The notes: generated by a model from the letters alone, not told the origin. A DNA stretch of 64,000 nt from an uncultured Candidatus Actinomarina sp. (GCA_902535055.1 CACASI010000003.1:65336-129335); one strand, 5' to 3'. Counted from the first letter of the stretch, positions 17,183 to 27,019 are shown. Program-made: numbers and translations.

Positions 17183-19072
17183 CTAGCTAAGTTGTTTTTT
17201 ATGCCAATTGATAATTGAATCAAATCTTTGAACTCTATGTTCTGGTTTGCCAGATCTAGAAAGTTCATGACTTTCATCTGGGAATCTTATCATTGATGAT
17301 GAAACACCTCTTCTTTTAAGGTTAGAAAATAATTGCTCAGCCTGCTCAATTGGGCACCTGTAATCTTTTTCTGAATGAATTATTAGTGTTGGGGTAATAA
17401 TGTTGTTTGCATAAGTGATTGGACTTTTCTTTCTGTATAAATTCAAATTACTTTTTAGGTCATCCAAAAGATACATTTCAGGAAATCCAATTCCAATATC
17501 TGAAGTTCCGACCATTGTTTCCCAGTTCAACAGAGCTCTCTCGACAACAGCAGATTTAAACATTTTTGGATAATGACTAATTACCCAAGAAGTCATAAAA
17601 CCACCATATGAACCTCCCATAATTCCATAGTTTTTATTTTTTATTCCAAGCTTTTTTATCATCATTTCAAAGCTTTTAATTACATCATAAGTGTCATTCT
17701 CACCCCATTTGTTCCCACAAACGTCTCTAACAAACTTATGTCCTCTACCTGATGAACCACGTGGATTACAAGCTACAACATTAAAACCAGAAGATGCAAA
17801 AACCTGAAACTCATCAAAAAACCCAAATCCATATTGACTGGCAGGACCACCATGTATGTTTAGCAAAGTAGGTTTATTGATATCTACAAGTATTCCCCAA
17901 GTATCAATTTGAGATTTTCCAGTTTCAAATCTTTCATATACACAATTATGAGTACTTACTTTATTGTGAAAATTATTATTAAAGTCTGAAAATTTTTTAT
18001 CCTCATCATTTCTAATTAAATATACTTCATCTTTTTTATCGAAAGAGCTTACTAGAGCATAAATATCTTCATCATTAACACAGAAATCAGAGGTTAGGAG
18101 TTCTTTATCATATAAAATCTCAAAACTTTCAAAATCAGTTTTAAGTAGACTTTGCTTTCCAGAATCTTCATACAAAACATAAACTTTGTTATCACTAACT
18201 TTTGTTTTAACTACACCTCTATCAATAAAATTACTAACTTTGTTGGCAATACCTCTTTTGTTAATTTTGAAAATACTAATATTCGTCGGCCAATCAAATC
18301 TCTTATCAAGACCGACACCGTATAAATTATCTTGATAAGAAAATAACTGGCTCCACATACCACCTTTATTTATAACTGTTAATTGTGAATCTGAAAATTT
18401 TATAATTTGATCTTCAAGCATCGTTCCATCTTGATTATGCCTGCTTGCTATAAAGTACATATCAGAGTCAATTTCAAGAAGAGAGGATATTGAGAGAAAC
18501 AGTTCTTTATCTCCATCTATAATTTTCTGACTTTTACCAGTAGAAGTCTTTACTTTATAAATATGAAATCTTTTATTGTATATAACCCCTGTTGTATCAA
18601 ATCGAAAAGGTAATTTATTAATTTCAAGAGGATGATCAGTTTTATTTTCAATTTTTTTATATTCACTCGACCACTCTTTTGTTATTACGTAAATAAATTC
18701 ATCATTAGAACTCCATAAATAATTAACAATAGAATCATCAGTTTCAAATAATATTTTTTCTTTACCCCTATTTCTAAAAATAAGCTTATTTTTTTCTAGT
18801 TTTTTTTCCTTTTCTAATTTATCCAAAATTTCAGTAGATTTAGGTGTTTTGATAAATGCAAATGATTTTTTATTGTTTGAGTACTTCGGTGCTGAAAAAT
18901 TCCAATACGAGGATTGTTTTAGTTCTCTCCATTGATTTTGTGAAAATTTCCATATTGAAGATTCGTATGAATTTTTATCCAGGCTCATTTTCGTAGACTT
19001 AAGTAGCAAGTCTGAGTTATTATTACTTATTTCAGATAGGCTTACAAAATCAGATATATTTTTTGGCTTCAT
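17183..19072 (-). CDS. S9 family serine peptidase (prolyl oligopeptidase/acylaminoacyl peptidase-like)
   Basis: It has an N-terminal beta-propeller-like region and a C-terminal alpha/beta hydrolase with the GGSYGG nucleophile elbow, plus downstream Asp and His (..EKDYRCP.., ..DESHEL..). Confidence 0.85.
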   Translation of the reverse strand: MKPKNISDFVSLSEISNNNSDLLLKSTKMSLDKNSYESSIWKFSQNQWRELKQSSYWNFSAPKYSNNKKSFAFIKTPKSTEILDKLEKEKKLEKNKLIFRNRGKEKILFETDDSIVNYLWSSNDEFIYVITKEWSSEYKKIENKTDHPLEINKLPFRFDTTGVIYNKRFHIYKVKTSTGKSQKIIDGDKELFLSISSLLEIDSDMYFIASRHNQDGTMLEDQIIKFSDSQLTVINKGGMWSQLFSYQDNLYGVGLDKRFDWPTNISIFKINKRGIANKVSNFIDRGVVKTKVSDNKVYVLYEDSGKQSLLKTDFESFEILYDKELLTSDFCVNDEDIYALVSSFDKKDEVYLIRNDEDKKFSDFNNNFHNKVSTHNCVYERFETGKSQIDTWGILVDINKPTLLNIHGGPASQYGFGFFDEFQVFASSGFNVVACNPRGSSGRGHKFVRDVCGNKWGENDTYDVIKSFEMMIKKLGIKNKNYGIMGGSYGGFMTSWVISHYPKMFKSAVVERALLNWETMVGTSDIGIGFPEMYLLDDLKSNLNLYRKKSPITYANNIITPTLIIHSEKDYRCPIEQAEQLFSNLKRRGVSSSMIRFPDESHELSRSGKPEHRVQRFDSIINWHKKQLS

Positions 19073-19088
19073 TTAAATTTTCTATTTA

Positions 19089-20468
19089 CTATTTTATTCT
19101 GTTGTAAGCAAGAGTACCAATAATAGAAAAAATAAACCCTACTCCAAATGTGTTAAGGTCTGCAAGCCCATAGAGATCAGTTGGTATAAATATCCCACCT
19201 GGATTTAAATCTAAATCAATAAAATAAAATCTGTACAACACCGATGAAACAAAACCCAAAGATGTGGGGATCACTATACCCTGGCTAGTTTTTCTTGATT
19301 TAATTTTGTAAAACGCAGGGAAGACTAAACATACAGCCAACAGGTCAGCAAATAAAAATACTGAAAATATATTCGTTACATAAAATGATAACCCTAAAGA
19401 GCCAAAAGTAATTATAAGTGTTATTATTTTTGCTTCAGACACACCTCTTTTTACAAGATCTAAAGCCATTGTTGAAGATATTGCACTTTGAAGAGTATCA
19501 ATACTTGACGCAACAAGCATTGTGCAAAGTACAATTACAAGAATTCTTGAAAAGGTATTAAATTCTATTTGTTGGATGAAACTTAAGGAAGGATTTTCAA
19601 TTCCAAAACCTGCTCCAGATGAACCTGCAATTCCAAGAACGAGTACTGTTACAAAACAACCCAATCCAGCATAAATGGATGATTTTTTAATTACATTTTC
19701 ATCAATTGCAGAATATGTTCTTTGCCAGTAACCCTGAGAGAATATTTCTGCTGCAGTTACTGCAAGAATTACAGCAAGCGCAGATTTAAAACTTGCAAAT
19801 GTAAATGTGTTTAATCCTCCATCGTAAGAAGCTTCGATAATATTACTAATTCCATTTTGACTTATCCACAAAACCAAAACAATAATAAGAAGTGCAATTA
19901 TTGATATTCCTTGGAATCTATCAGTGACAAGAGACGCCTTAAAGCCTGAAAGATTTAAGTAAAGAAAAGTTACGACTGCTATTGCTGTACAAACAATCAA
20001 ACCAGAAGTATCTGCTATTTCAGGAAACAGAAAATTTATTGATGCGAATTCAGCAATTAGAAAAGCTGACATATATATGGTTGCAATTATTGAAACAAAA
20101 ACTTGAGCAAAATTTCCATATTGTTGACTTATGTACTGAGGAAGAGTTGCTTTGTCTGGAACTGTTTGAACAATACGTGGACCCACAAAATACAATAACA
20201 CAAAAGGAGTAGCGGCAGAAATTGCATAACCTATAACATCAAACCCTAAGCCATACCAGCCAACTTCTGCTGGAGAAGCAATAATCCATAATCCCATACC
20301 ACTTGCATAAAAACTCAAGGATAGATTGAGGGTCTTTTGAGATTTCAGCATAACAAAATAACTTTTATCTTCTGTTTTGTTTGCCAGCCTTCTTGTTAAG
20401 ACAAGAAAGAGAAAAAGTATAAAGAATATAAGTATGTAATTAATTAAAACGTTTGTACCTAACTGCAC
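19089..20468 (-). CDS. Sodium:solute symporter-family transporter, TPP-riboswitch controlled (thiV-like, candidate thiamine-precursor importer)
   Basis: It starts at GTG, preceded by GAGG. The polytopic protein has about 12-13 helices. A TPP riboswitch lies directly 5' of it on the same strand. Confidence 0.6.
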   Translation of the reverse strand: MQLGTNVLINYILIFFILFLFLVLTRRLANKTEDKSYFVMLKSQKTLNLSLSFYASGMGLWIIASPAEVGWYGLGFDVIGYAISAATPFVLLYFVGPRIVQTVPDKATLPQYISQQYGNFAQVFVSIIATIYMSAFLIAEFASINFLFPEIADTSGLIVCTAIAVVTFLYLNLSGFKASLVTDRFQGISIIALLIIVLVLWISQNGISNIIEASYDGGLNTFTFASFKSALAVILAVTAAEIFSQGYWQRTYSAIDENVIKKSSIYAGLGCFVTVLVLGIAGSSGAGFGIENPSLSFIQQIEFNTFSRILVIVLCTMLVASSIDTLQSAISSTMALDLVKRGVSEAKIITLIITFGSLGLSFYVTNIFSVFLFADLLAVCLVFPAFYKIKSRKTSQGIVIPTSLGFVSSVLYRFYFIDLDLNPGGIFIPTDLYGLADLNTFGVGFIFSIIGTLAYNRIK

Positions 20469-20494
20469 AATTACCTCATTTCATAAATGGGATA

Positions 20495-20600
20495 AGAGTT
20501 CCGAATATCCCTTCGTTAGAATTACCTAACAGGTTCAGACGGTCGGTTTTTACACCCTCTCAGCATTTTGCTCCCGTTAATACAATCCTACTCTATTTCC
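20495..20600 (-). promoter_or_regulatory. TPP (THI-box) riboswitch
   Basis: The minus strand reads ACGGGAGCAAAAUGCUGAGAGGGUGUAAAAACCGACCGUCUGAACCUGUUAGGUAAUUCUAACGAAGGGA. It contains the conserved CUGAGA, ACC..GAACCUG, GGUAAU and CG-AGGGA elements in the canonical order. Confidence 0.85.
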
Positions 20601-20623
20601 AATTTATCATTAGTATTTCAAGA

Positions 20624-21535
20624 ATGATTAATAATAATCAAATAAACAATAGACCCTCCCTCATTCAAACTATAGGAGCAGTTTTAACGGCAGGAGTTAT
20701 GTGGGGTTCTGCAAATGTAATTATTCGCAGCTTGCTTATTGAAGGGATAAATGAAATTTTTTTAGTAACAGTCAGAGTATCAATTATTGGTACTCTACTT
20801 TTCTTTTATTATGTAATTTTTAATAAAGAAAAATTTAATAAACAGCTTTTAAAAGAAGCTTCTTTTACTGGTTTAGCCTCAATATTTTTTGTAAGTTGGG
20901 CCTTTATATTTTCTCTTCAATACATTTCGTCTGGATTAGTTACTTTATTGATAAGTTCTGCTCCAATTTTTACAGTCATGTGGGTAAAGCTAATCTTAAA
21001 AGAAGAAAAAATTTCAAAACTAAAATATCTCTCTGTATTGATTGGTTTTTCTGGAATAGCTTATTTATTTATTTCCCAGGAAACAGGGTTGTTGAATCAA
21101 GGAAATATTTTTTTGGGAGGTACATTGGCATTCTTAGGAGTTCAATGCATTGCTCTCGCTACTGTTCTTAATAGAAAATTTGCTCCTAAATATAAAGTAA
21201 GTAGCTGGTTAACCTATCAATATCCACTTGTAATAATTCTTACATTTTTGACGTATTTAATTTCTGGAGTAGGTATTGATATATTAAATGTTTCACAACT
21301 GATAAGACTTGGAGCACTAGTTGTATGCAATCTTGGAGCATTTTTATCTTTCACTTGGTTAATTCAAAGAGTAAGCGCATTACAGGTTGCATCTATTGAT
21401 TATTTAGTACCAGTTGTAGGAGTAACAGCCGGAGTTATATTTTTAGGAGAAACATTTAATAGAAACATTTTGATTTGTAGTATTTTTATCTTTGTATCTT
21501 TATTGCTTACAACAAAAGATGAATTTTCAAACTAA
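20624..21535 (+). CDS. EamA/DMT-family transporter
   Basis: It has ten hydrophobic helices in two EamA-like halves. I moved the start to ATG 20624, because the track's 5' extension runs through the riboswitch on the opposite strand. Confidence 0.7.
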   Translation: MINNNQINNRPSLIQTIGAVLTAGVMWGSANVIIRSLLIEGINEIFLVTVRVSIIGTLLFFYYVIFNKEKFNKQLLKEASFTGLASIFFVSWAFIFSLQYISSGLVTLLISSAPIFTVMWVKLILKEEKISKLKYLSVLIGFSGIAYLFISQETGLLNQGNIFLGGTLAFLGVQCIALATVLNRKFAPKYKVSSWLTYQYPLVIILTFLTYLISGVGIDILNVSQLIRLGALVVCNLGAFLSFTWLIQRVSALQVASIDYLVPVVGVTAGVIFLGETFNRNILICSIFIFVSLLLTTKDEFSN

Positions 21536-22110
21536 AGATTATCAAAAGCAGTTTTAACTTTTTTTAAATCTTGCCAGGTTAACCATTTTGGTTTTCCAGG
21601 CTCTTTCGAAGGGCTTCTTAAGAGATATGATGGATGAAAAATAGGCATAATTTTGATATTGTCCTTTATTATCCACTCACCTCTTATCTTCGAAATTGGT
21701 TTTTTTATCTCAAGAAAAGCTTCCACAGATGTTGATCCCGCCAAAATTATAATTTTTGGATTTAACAAATTAATCTGTTTTGTTAGCCAAGGCATACATG
21801 AATTTATTTCATTTGAATGAGGCTTCCTATTTTGAGGGGGTCTACACTTAACAATATTTGTAATATAACAATCCTCCAAGGGGTCTATCTCAACAGACAT
21901 TAATGCTGAATCAAGCATTTTTCCAGCTCTTCCAACAAACGGAAATCCTGTAATATCTTCTTGCTCCCCAGGCCCTTCCCCGATGATTAAAATCTTAGCT
22001 TTAGAATTTCCCTTTGCTACAACAACATTATTTCTAGTTTGAGAAAGTTCGCAAGACTTACACTTTCTACACTCTTTATGTAACAATAAAAGATCTTGAT
22101 TTGTAGTCAT
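21532..22110 (-). CDS. Family 4 uracil-DNA glycosylase (Fe-S type)
   Basis: It carries CRKCKSCEL.., GEGPGEQED, ..CRPP.. and the C-terminal HPS motif. Confidence 0.85.
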   Translation of the reverse strand: MTTNQDLLLLHKECRKCKSCELSQTRNNVVVAKGNSKAKILIIGEGPGEQEDITGFPFVGRAGKMLDSALMSVEIDPLEDCYITNIVKCRPPQNRKPHSNEINSCMPWLTKQINLLNPKIIILAGSTSVEAFLEIKKPISKIRGEWIIKDNIKIMPIFHPSYLLRSPSKEPGKPKWLTWQDLKKVKTAFDNL

Positions 22111-22261
22111 ATGAAAATTCTAATAGAAAGTTGTTTTGGGAACACCCCAGTGAGAACTGGGGAGATTTGTATACGTATTAGTTGAACAGAAGTTATTAAA
22201 TTATTAGATAATTATGAATACCTTTTTTAAATAGAAGGTAAAGACAAAGAAAACATGTTTT

Positions 22262-22323
22262 AAAATGAGAAAACCCTTGAATACTCCGCTTGTTTTGTTG
22301 CCAAAACTCACTTGCTTCAAGGG
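22262..22323 (-). terminator. Nested hairpin with U-rich tail downstream of cbiM
   Basis: The minus strand reads CCCUUGAA..GUUUUG-GCAA-CAAAAC..UUCAAGGG followed by UUUUCUCAUUUU. The 8-bp outer stem encloses a 6-bp stem capped by a GCAA tetraloop. Confidence 0.35.
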
Positions 22324-22440
22324 CTATCTCTTTTTCTTCTTGTAATGATTATCTATAAAGACTTTCTTCACAAAAAGTTAATATAAAATTACACTGAAAA
22401 TAAATTTTTTTCAAAAAAAAATTATCTTTTTTTTCCCACT

Positions 22441-23367
22441 TTAATTCCGGTTTTTTACTTTTATAAAGATGTTAAATAGTCCAACGATTACAACTATTCC
22501 TAAAACTGCGCTCAGAACTGTAGACAAGAAGTTATTGTTGATATTTTCTATGCCGTAATCATCTAAAAATAAAACAATTCCTGCATCTTCATTGAAACCA
22601 AATGATTCAGCTACAGACTCAAGACCATCTGGCGATGAAGAGGCGTACGGAGTAATTAATGTGAGAATTAAAATTAACAGTATAAATAATCCATAAAATG
22701 AAGTTACTTTGTTGCTCTGCTCGGTATTTTTATTTACATAAACTAAATCAGACCTAACTCTTAGAAGTAAAGAAACAATTAAAGCAGTAATGATTCCCTC
22801 ACCAATACCAATTAATAAATGGCTTGAGACCATTGCTATTAATACACTTCCAAGAGGGACTGCTACTGTACCTCCCAAAGAATATTCAAGAACAAATGCA
22901 ATTGAGGAAAACACAACAGATAATAAACCAGCTATGAATGATCCTGAAATTGTCGAGGAATAACTTTCACCAAATAATTTTTTCCATGTAGATATTGCTA
23001 TCCAGCCAATAAGAGAAGTAACTACTGCCATATTTAATAAGTTAACTCCTAGTGCACTTAGACCACCATCGGCAAATAGCAATGACTGAATTACAACAAC
23101 TATTGATATGCATATAATTCCAAGACTAGGTCCCAAAACTACAACTGCTAAGGCACCACCTAAAAGATGACCACTGGTTCCCGCTGCTATTGGAAAATTA
23201 ATCATTTGTAATACAAAAATTAGTGCTGACATCATTCCAGTAAGCGCAATCAAACGATCAGCTACTAAGTTCTTAGCATTTCTAATATAAGCCCAAATAG
23301 TCCCCAAGCTTATCAAACCAGATGCGGCAGAAACTGGGGCATTTATAAAACCGTCAGGTACGTGCAT
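22441..23367 (-). CDS. cbiM: CbiM/NikM-type ECF metal-transport S component fused to a PDGLE domain
   Basis: The likely start gives the N-terminus MHVPDGF (the metal-binding N-terminus of CbiM/NikM). A polytopic core is followed by ..SSSPDGLESVAE.. and a final TM helix. Confidence 0.8.
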   Translation of the reverse strand: MHVPDGFINAPVSAASGLISLGTIWAYIRNAKNLVADRLIALTGMMSALIFVLQMINFPIAAGTSGHLLGGALAVVVLGPSLGIICISIVVVIQSLLFADGGLSALGVNLLNMAVVTSLIGWIAISTWKKLFGESYSSTISGSFIAGLLSVVFSSIAFVLEYSLGGTVAVPLGSVLIAMVSSHLLIGIGEGIITALIVSLLLRVRSDLVYVNKNTEQSNKVTSFYGLFILLILILTLITPYASSSPDGLESVAESFGFNEDAGIVLFLDDYGIENINNNFLSTVLSAVLGIVVIVGLFNIFIKVKNRN

Positions 23368-23421
23368 ATAAAAAGTATAAAATTTAATTAAGTTAATGCA
23401 AAGAATTTGCAATAAGAAATA

Positions 23422-24162
23422 TTAAATAATTTTTTCTTCTACAAGCCACTGATGAATTTCACTTAACACAAAAGGTCTAGTGTCTTGATTTAAAATTTCA
23501 TGTTTGGAGTTAGAAACAGTTATAAATTTAACATTTGCTAATCTCGACAACCTATCTCCGGAAGAAATTGGAACAATACTATCTTTATCTCCATGAAGAT
23601 ACAAAGTAGGTGTTTTTAAATTCGAAATATTTTCATTAACAAACTTTTGTGATTCTATAGTTTCATTTCCAAATTTTGCGCTAATTGATCTAAAAACAAG
23701 TGGATCATTAAAATAATCTTTTACAACCTCAACATCTGTGGATAAATTTCTTTTGTTAGCTGAGGAAGGAATTCTTAACTTAGGAAAGAGTTTTGATATT
23801 GACTTGGATATGGTTTTTATAAATTGCGGATAATTATCACCTAGGCTAGGAGCGGACAATATTAAAAAATCAGGATCGATAATATTTTTTAATATACAAT
23901 GCAAAGCTACTTGGCCCCCAAAGGATATGCCAAATACAATCTTTACATCATAAGACCCCATCACTTTAAATGCATCTAATATAGAATTTTCTACTTCCTC
24001 CCATCGTTCAATGTGACCAAATACATCTGCATTTTTCCCATGTCCCGGTAGATCCACCAGAAAGGGTTCTATATTTAAGTTCTTAAACCATGAAGCATTA
24101 ATATCGTGCCTTCCTTTATGTTCCCAAAGACCGTGGATGAGAAGAATGCCTACTTTTTTCAA
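23422..24162 (-). CDS. Alpha/beta hydrolase (lysophospholipase/monoglyceride lipase-like)
   Basis: It has the HGLWEH oxyanion region, the GISFGG nucleophile elbow, and late D and H residues (GDKDSIV.., ..KHEIL). Confidence 0.75.
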   Translation of the reverse strand: MKKVGILLIHGLWEHKGRHDINASWFKNLNIEPFLVDLPGHGKNADVFGHIERWEEVENSILDAFKVMGSYDVKIVFGISFGGQVALHCILKNIIDPDFLILSAPSLGDNYPQFIKTISKSISKLFPKLRIPSSANKRNLSTDVEVVKDYFNDPLVFRSISAKFGNETIESQKFVNENISNLKTPTLYLHGDKDSIVPISSGDRLSRLANVKFITVSNSKHEILNQDTRPFVLSEIHQWLVEEKII

Positions 24163-24193
24163 ATTTTTCCTTTTAACTCTAAAATCAATATTA

Positions 24194-24913
24194 ATGAATA
24201 TAAATTTTGTTAAAACACCATTTACAAATAAACCAACAATGACTCGATATCATGGCCCAACTTTTAGTAAAACTCCTAACCAGACTTACATATCGGAAAA
24301 GCAAAAGCAATTAAACCTATTTGGCGAAAAATTATATGGACAAACAAAACTCTCAGAAGAAAAAAATTTACTTGATAAATTCTTAAGTTATTGCAAACTT
24401 AACAAAAATTTCTCACTTTATGAAACAACTTTATGTTTTGAAGAAGATTTTTCAATAATGCATCTTGGAAACATGGAAGTAGTTTCAGTTTGTTTTCCCA
24501 GTGGATGGAAACCAATGGATAAACTTGGTAAACCCCTATCTAAAATTCATGAACCCATAGCTGATAATGAACAACTAATTGAGTCAAGTGATAAGTTGTC
24601 AGCATATATGACCAAACAGAAAATAAAGAGGTGGGTTTGGACAATAACAACTAATAATAGCTTAAGTGAATTTACTGAGGTTAAAAAACCAAAAATATCT
24701 AATTTTGAAAATCTATATTTTAGAGTAGAAACACAAACATCCGCTCCAATTGATGACGAAACAAGTATTTTTTTTATAAAAGTAGACGTTGTTCCCCTAA
24801 ATGAAGTTTGGAATGAAAGTATTTTAAACAGTATTAACTCCATGTCAGAAAGTATCTTAAATTATAAAGGCCTAGTAGAAATCAAAGATTTTTTAAATAG
24901 AATAGATTTATGA
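24194..24913 (+). CDS. DUF3445-like protein (heme-dependent oxidative N-demethylase-like family)
   Basis: The start is taken at ATG 24194. The segment VCFPSGWKPMDKLGKPLSKIHEPI resembles the conserved C.P..W.P..K.G.....IH.P block of DUF3445. The assignment is tentative. Confidence 0.4.
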   Translation: MNINFVKTPFTNKPTMTRYHGPTFSKTPNQTYISEKQKQLNLFGEKLYGQTKLSEEKNLLDKFLSYCKLNKNFSLYETTLCFEEDFSIMHLGNMEVVSVCFPSGWKPMDKLGKPLSKIHEPIADNEQLIESSDKLSAYMTKQKIKRWVWTITTNNSLSEFTEVKKPKISNFENLYFRVETQTSAPIDDETSIFFIKVDVVPLNEVWNESILNSINSMSESILNYKGLVEIKDFLNRIDL

Positions 24914-25323
24914 AAAAAGCATATATAGCTGGACCATTATTCGATGACCATGAAAGAGAATATCTTGAAAAAATTACGAAGTTAGTAGAGAGTTATGGTT
25001 TTGATACTTTTCTTCCTCACCGAGACGCGGGTTTAGTAACTGGTGAATTTACTCGTGAAAAAAAAGAAAAAATTTTTGATATAGACATGAAATACCTCGA
25101 GCCAGCTGACTTAGTAGTTGCTCTTTTAACTGGGAGAGATGTAGATTCTGGGACAGCTGCGGAGATTGGATACGCATTTAAATCTGGAAAAACATTAATT
25201 GGGATAGGTGCAAATACAATAAAACCAATAAACAATTTTGTTTGGGGGATATTTAGTTATGGAGATAATATTGTAGAAAATTTAGAGGAATTAGAAACTT
25301 ATCTCTCCAAGAACTTTAGTTAA
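24910..25323 (+). CDS. Nucleoside 2-deoxyribosyltransferase-family protein
   Basis: The motifs are MKKAYIAGPLF.. and ..DSGTAAEIGYA. The start overlaps the upstream stop (ATGA). Confidence 0.7.
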   Translation: MKKAYIAGPLFDDHEREYLEKITKLVESYGFDTFLPHRDAGLVTGEFTREKKEKIFDIDMKYLEPADLVVALLTGRDVDSGTAAEIGYAFKSGKTLIGIGANTIKPINNFVWGIFSYGDNIVENLEELETYLSKNFS

Positions 25324-25380
25324 ACTTCCTAAGTATTTTTATAGTGCAAAGAAGGAATATAGTCTTTATTATTAATTTAT

Positions 25381-26367
25381 ATGGTAAGCAAACAAGCTCA
25401 AAAAAGCATAAAACAATTTAGGCGTTTTGCAAAAATTTTAAGTTCCATATACAGAAGTCCAAATGAAATGACAAATTGGAGAATAAAGCTTTTCAGATGG
25501 CTTGTTGATTTACAAGGAGTATTTGGTCCAAAAGTTAAAGGAACAAAAAAAGAAGAATTTTACATTAACGGAATAAAAACATGGAAAATATCTACACCTT
25601 CATCCGATCCTAATAGGATATTATTATATTTTCATGGAGGAGCTTACTCTTTAGGCAGTCCAAAAAGTCATTACTCTCTTGCCAGCCATTTGGCTGAGAT
25701 AACAAAAACAACAATCTACATTCCAGACTATCGTCTAGGACCTGAAAGCAAGTACCCTTCACAACTTAATGATGCTCTTACAGTTTATGAACATTTATTG
25801 AATGAAAAAAATTATAAATCAAACCAAATTGCATTTGGTGGGGATTCTGCAGGAGGTAATCTTGCACTTGTAACTTTATTGAAACTAATTGATTCAGATA
25901 AGGATTTACCAACATCCCTAGCTTTATTGTCACCCTGGACAGATTTAACGGGAACAGGAACTACCTATACGGAAGACATGGCAGACAGAGATTTGCTTTT
26001 AGGTCCAATATTCAAAAGAATTTGGGCAAATGGAGACTCGCTTCATGGCTTTTATATTAATGAAGGAGAATTTGATTCAAATAATCCTTACATGATCCCA
26101 CTTAAGGGAGATTTCACTTCAAGTCCTCCAATAATGATCCAGGTTGGCACAGAAGAACTATTGTTATCTGATTCCCAGTCATTGAAGAAAATACTTGATA
26201 GAGATAAATGTGAAAATGAATATTTTGAATGGGAAGGGATGTATCACGTTTTTCATATAGATGTAAGAATGCCCGAAACAATATCTGCTTTTGAACAAAT
26301 AGGAAATTTTTTAAACAAACATATACCTACACAGACAGAACACGAATCTCAAATTAATCTTCAGTGA
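25381..26367 (+). CDS. Alpha/beta-hydrolase fold-3 esterase/lipase (HSL family)
   Basis: It has the HGGAY oxyanion motif, the GDSAGGN nucleophile and a late His in ..GMYHVF. Confidence 0.8.
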   Translation: MVSKQAQKSIKQFRRFAKILSSIYRSPNEMTNWRIKLFRWLVDLQGVFGPKVKGTKKEEFYINGIKTWKISTPSSDPNRILLYFHGGAYSLGSPKSHYSLASHLAEITKTTIYIPDYRLGPESKYPSQLNDALTVYEHLLNEKNYKSNQIAFGGDSAGGNLALVTLLKLIDSDKDLPTSLALLSPWTDLTGTGTTYTEDMADRDLLLGPIFKRIWANGDSLHGFYINEGEFDSNNPYMIPLKGDFTSSPPIMIQVGTEELLLSDSQSLKKILDRDKCENEYFEWEGMYHVFHIDVRMPETISAFEQIGNFLNKHIPTQTEHESQINLQ

Positions 26368-26531
26368 GTTTACTCGATGCATTTATAATTGGGTTTTCAA
26401 TAATTTTTGGATTACTTTTAGCATTGTTTTTTTCTGGTGTAATTAAAAATGTGAAACCTTTTTTTATTTTTTTTACATTTTCTGTAGCTTGGGTAAGCAG
26501 CTCATTTTTGATCCATGTAATTTTTAGATAA
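26364..26531 (+). CDS. Small membrane protein, 55 aa
   Basis: Its GTG overlaps the esterase TGA (GTGA). It encodes VSLLDAFIIGFSIIFGLLLALFFSGVIKNVKPFFIFFTFSVAWVSSSFLIHVIFR, with two hydrophobic helices. Confidence 0.35.
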   Translation: MSLLDAFIIGFSIIFGLLLALFFSGVIKNVKPFFIFFTFSVAWVSSSFLIHVIFR

Positions 26532-26580
26532 TCAACATATTTTCTTTCTTATTATTTAAATATCTAACTAGATTGTTTTT

Positions 26581-27018
26581 GTGAGAAATATTAAAAGTTT
26601 TGATGATTTAGATATTTTTGTGACTGAGTTTATGTCAAAATGGGGAGTTACGTTACTTAGATATTCTTTAGGGATTATCTATATCTGGTTCGGTGCTTTA
26701 AAACCTCTAGGATTAAGCCCTGCTCAAGAGCTTGTGGAGAATACAGTTTACTGGTTTGAAAACCCCAAAACATTTGTCCCAATTTTAGGCATTTGGGAAG
26801 TAGTTATAGGAATTACGATGATAATAAAACCACTAATTCGAATATCCATAATTTTATTATTTATTCAGATGCCTGGAACATTTTTGCCTTTAGTATTGTT
26901 TCCCGAAGTATGTTTCACTACTTTTCCTTTTGGACTTACGCTTGAAGGTCAATACATAGTCAAAAACTTAATAATCATTTCAGCAGCTCTTGTAGTGGGC
27001 TCTACTGTTAGAAAATAA
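26581..27018 (+). CDS. DUF417/YkgB-like membrane protein
   Basis: It starts at GTG and has four helices, with ..LLRYSLGIIYIWFGALKPLG.. resembling the DUF417 N-terminal motif. Confidence 0.45.
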   Translation: MRNIKSFDDLDIFVTEFMSKWGVTLLRYSLGIIYIWFGALKPLGLSPAQELVENTVYWFENPKTFVPILGIWEVVIGITMIIKPLIRISIILLFIQMPGTFLPLVLFPEVCFTTFPFGLTLEGQYIVKNLIIISAALVVGSTVRK

Positions 27019-27019
27019 C

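Noticed and set aside
20453-20623. A 57-codon N-terminal extension of the EamA transporter ORF.
   Set aside because: The extension overlaps the symporter start and runs through the TPP riboswitch on the opposite strand. ATG 20624 gives a normal EamA N-terminus.
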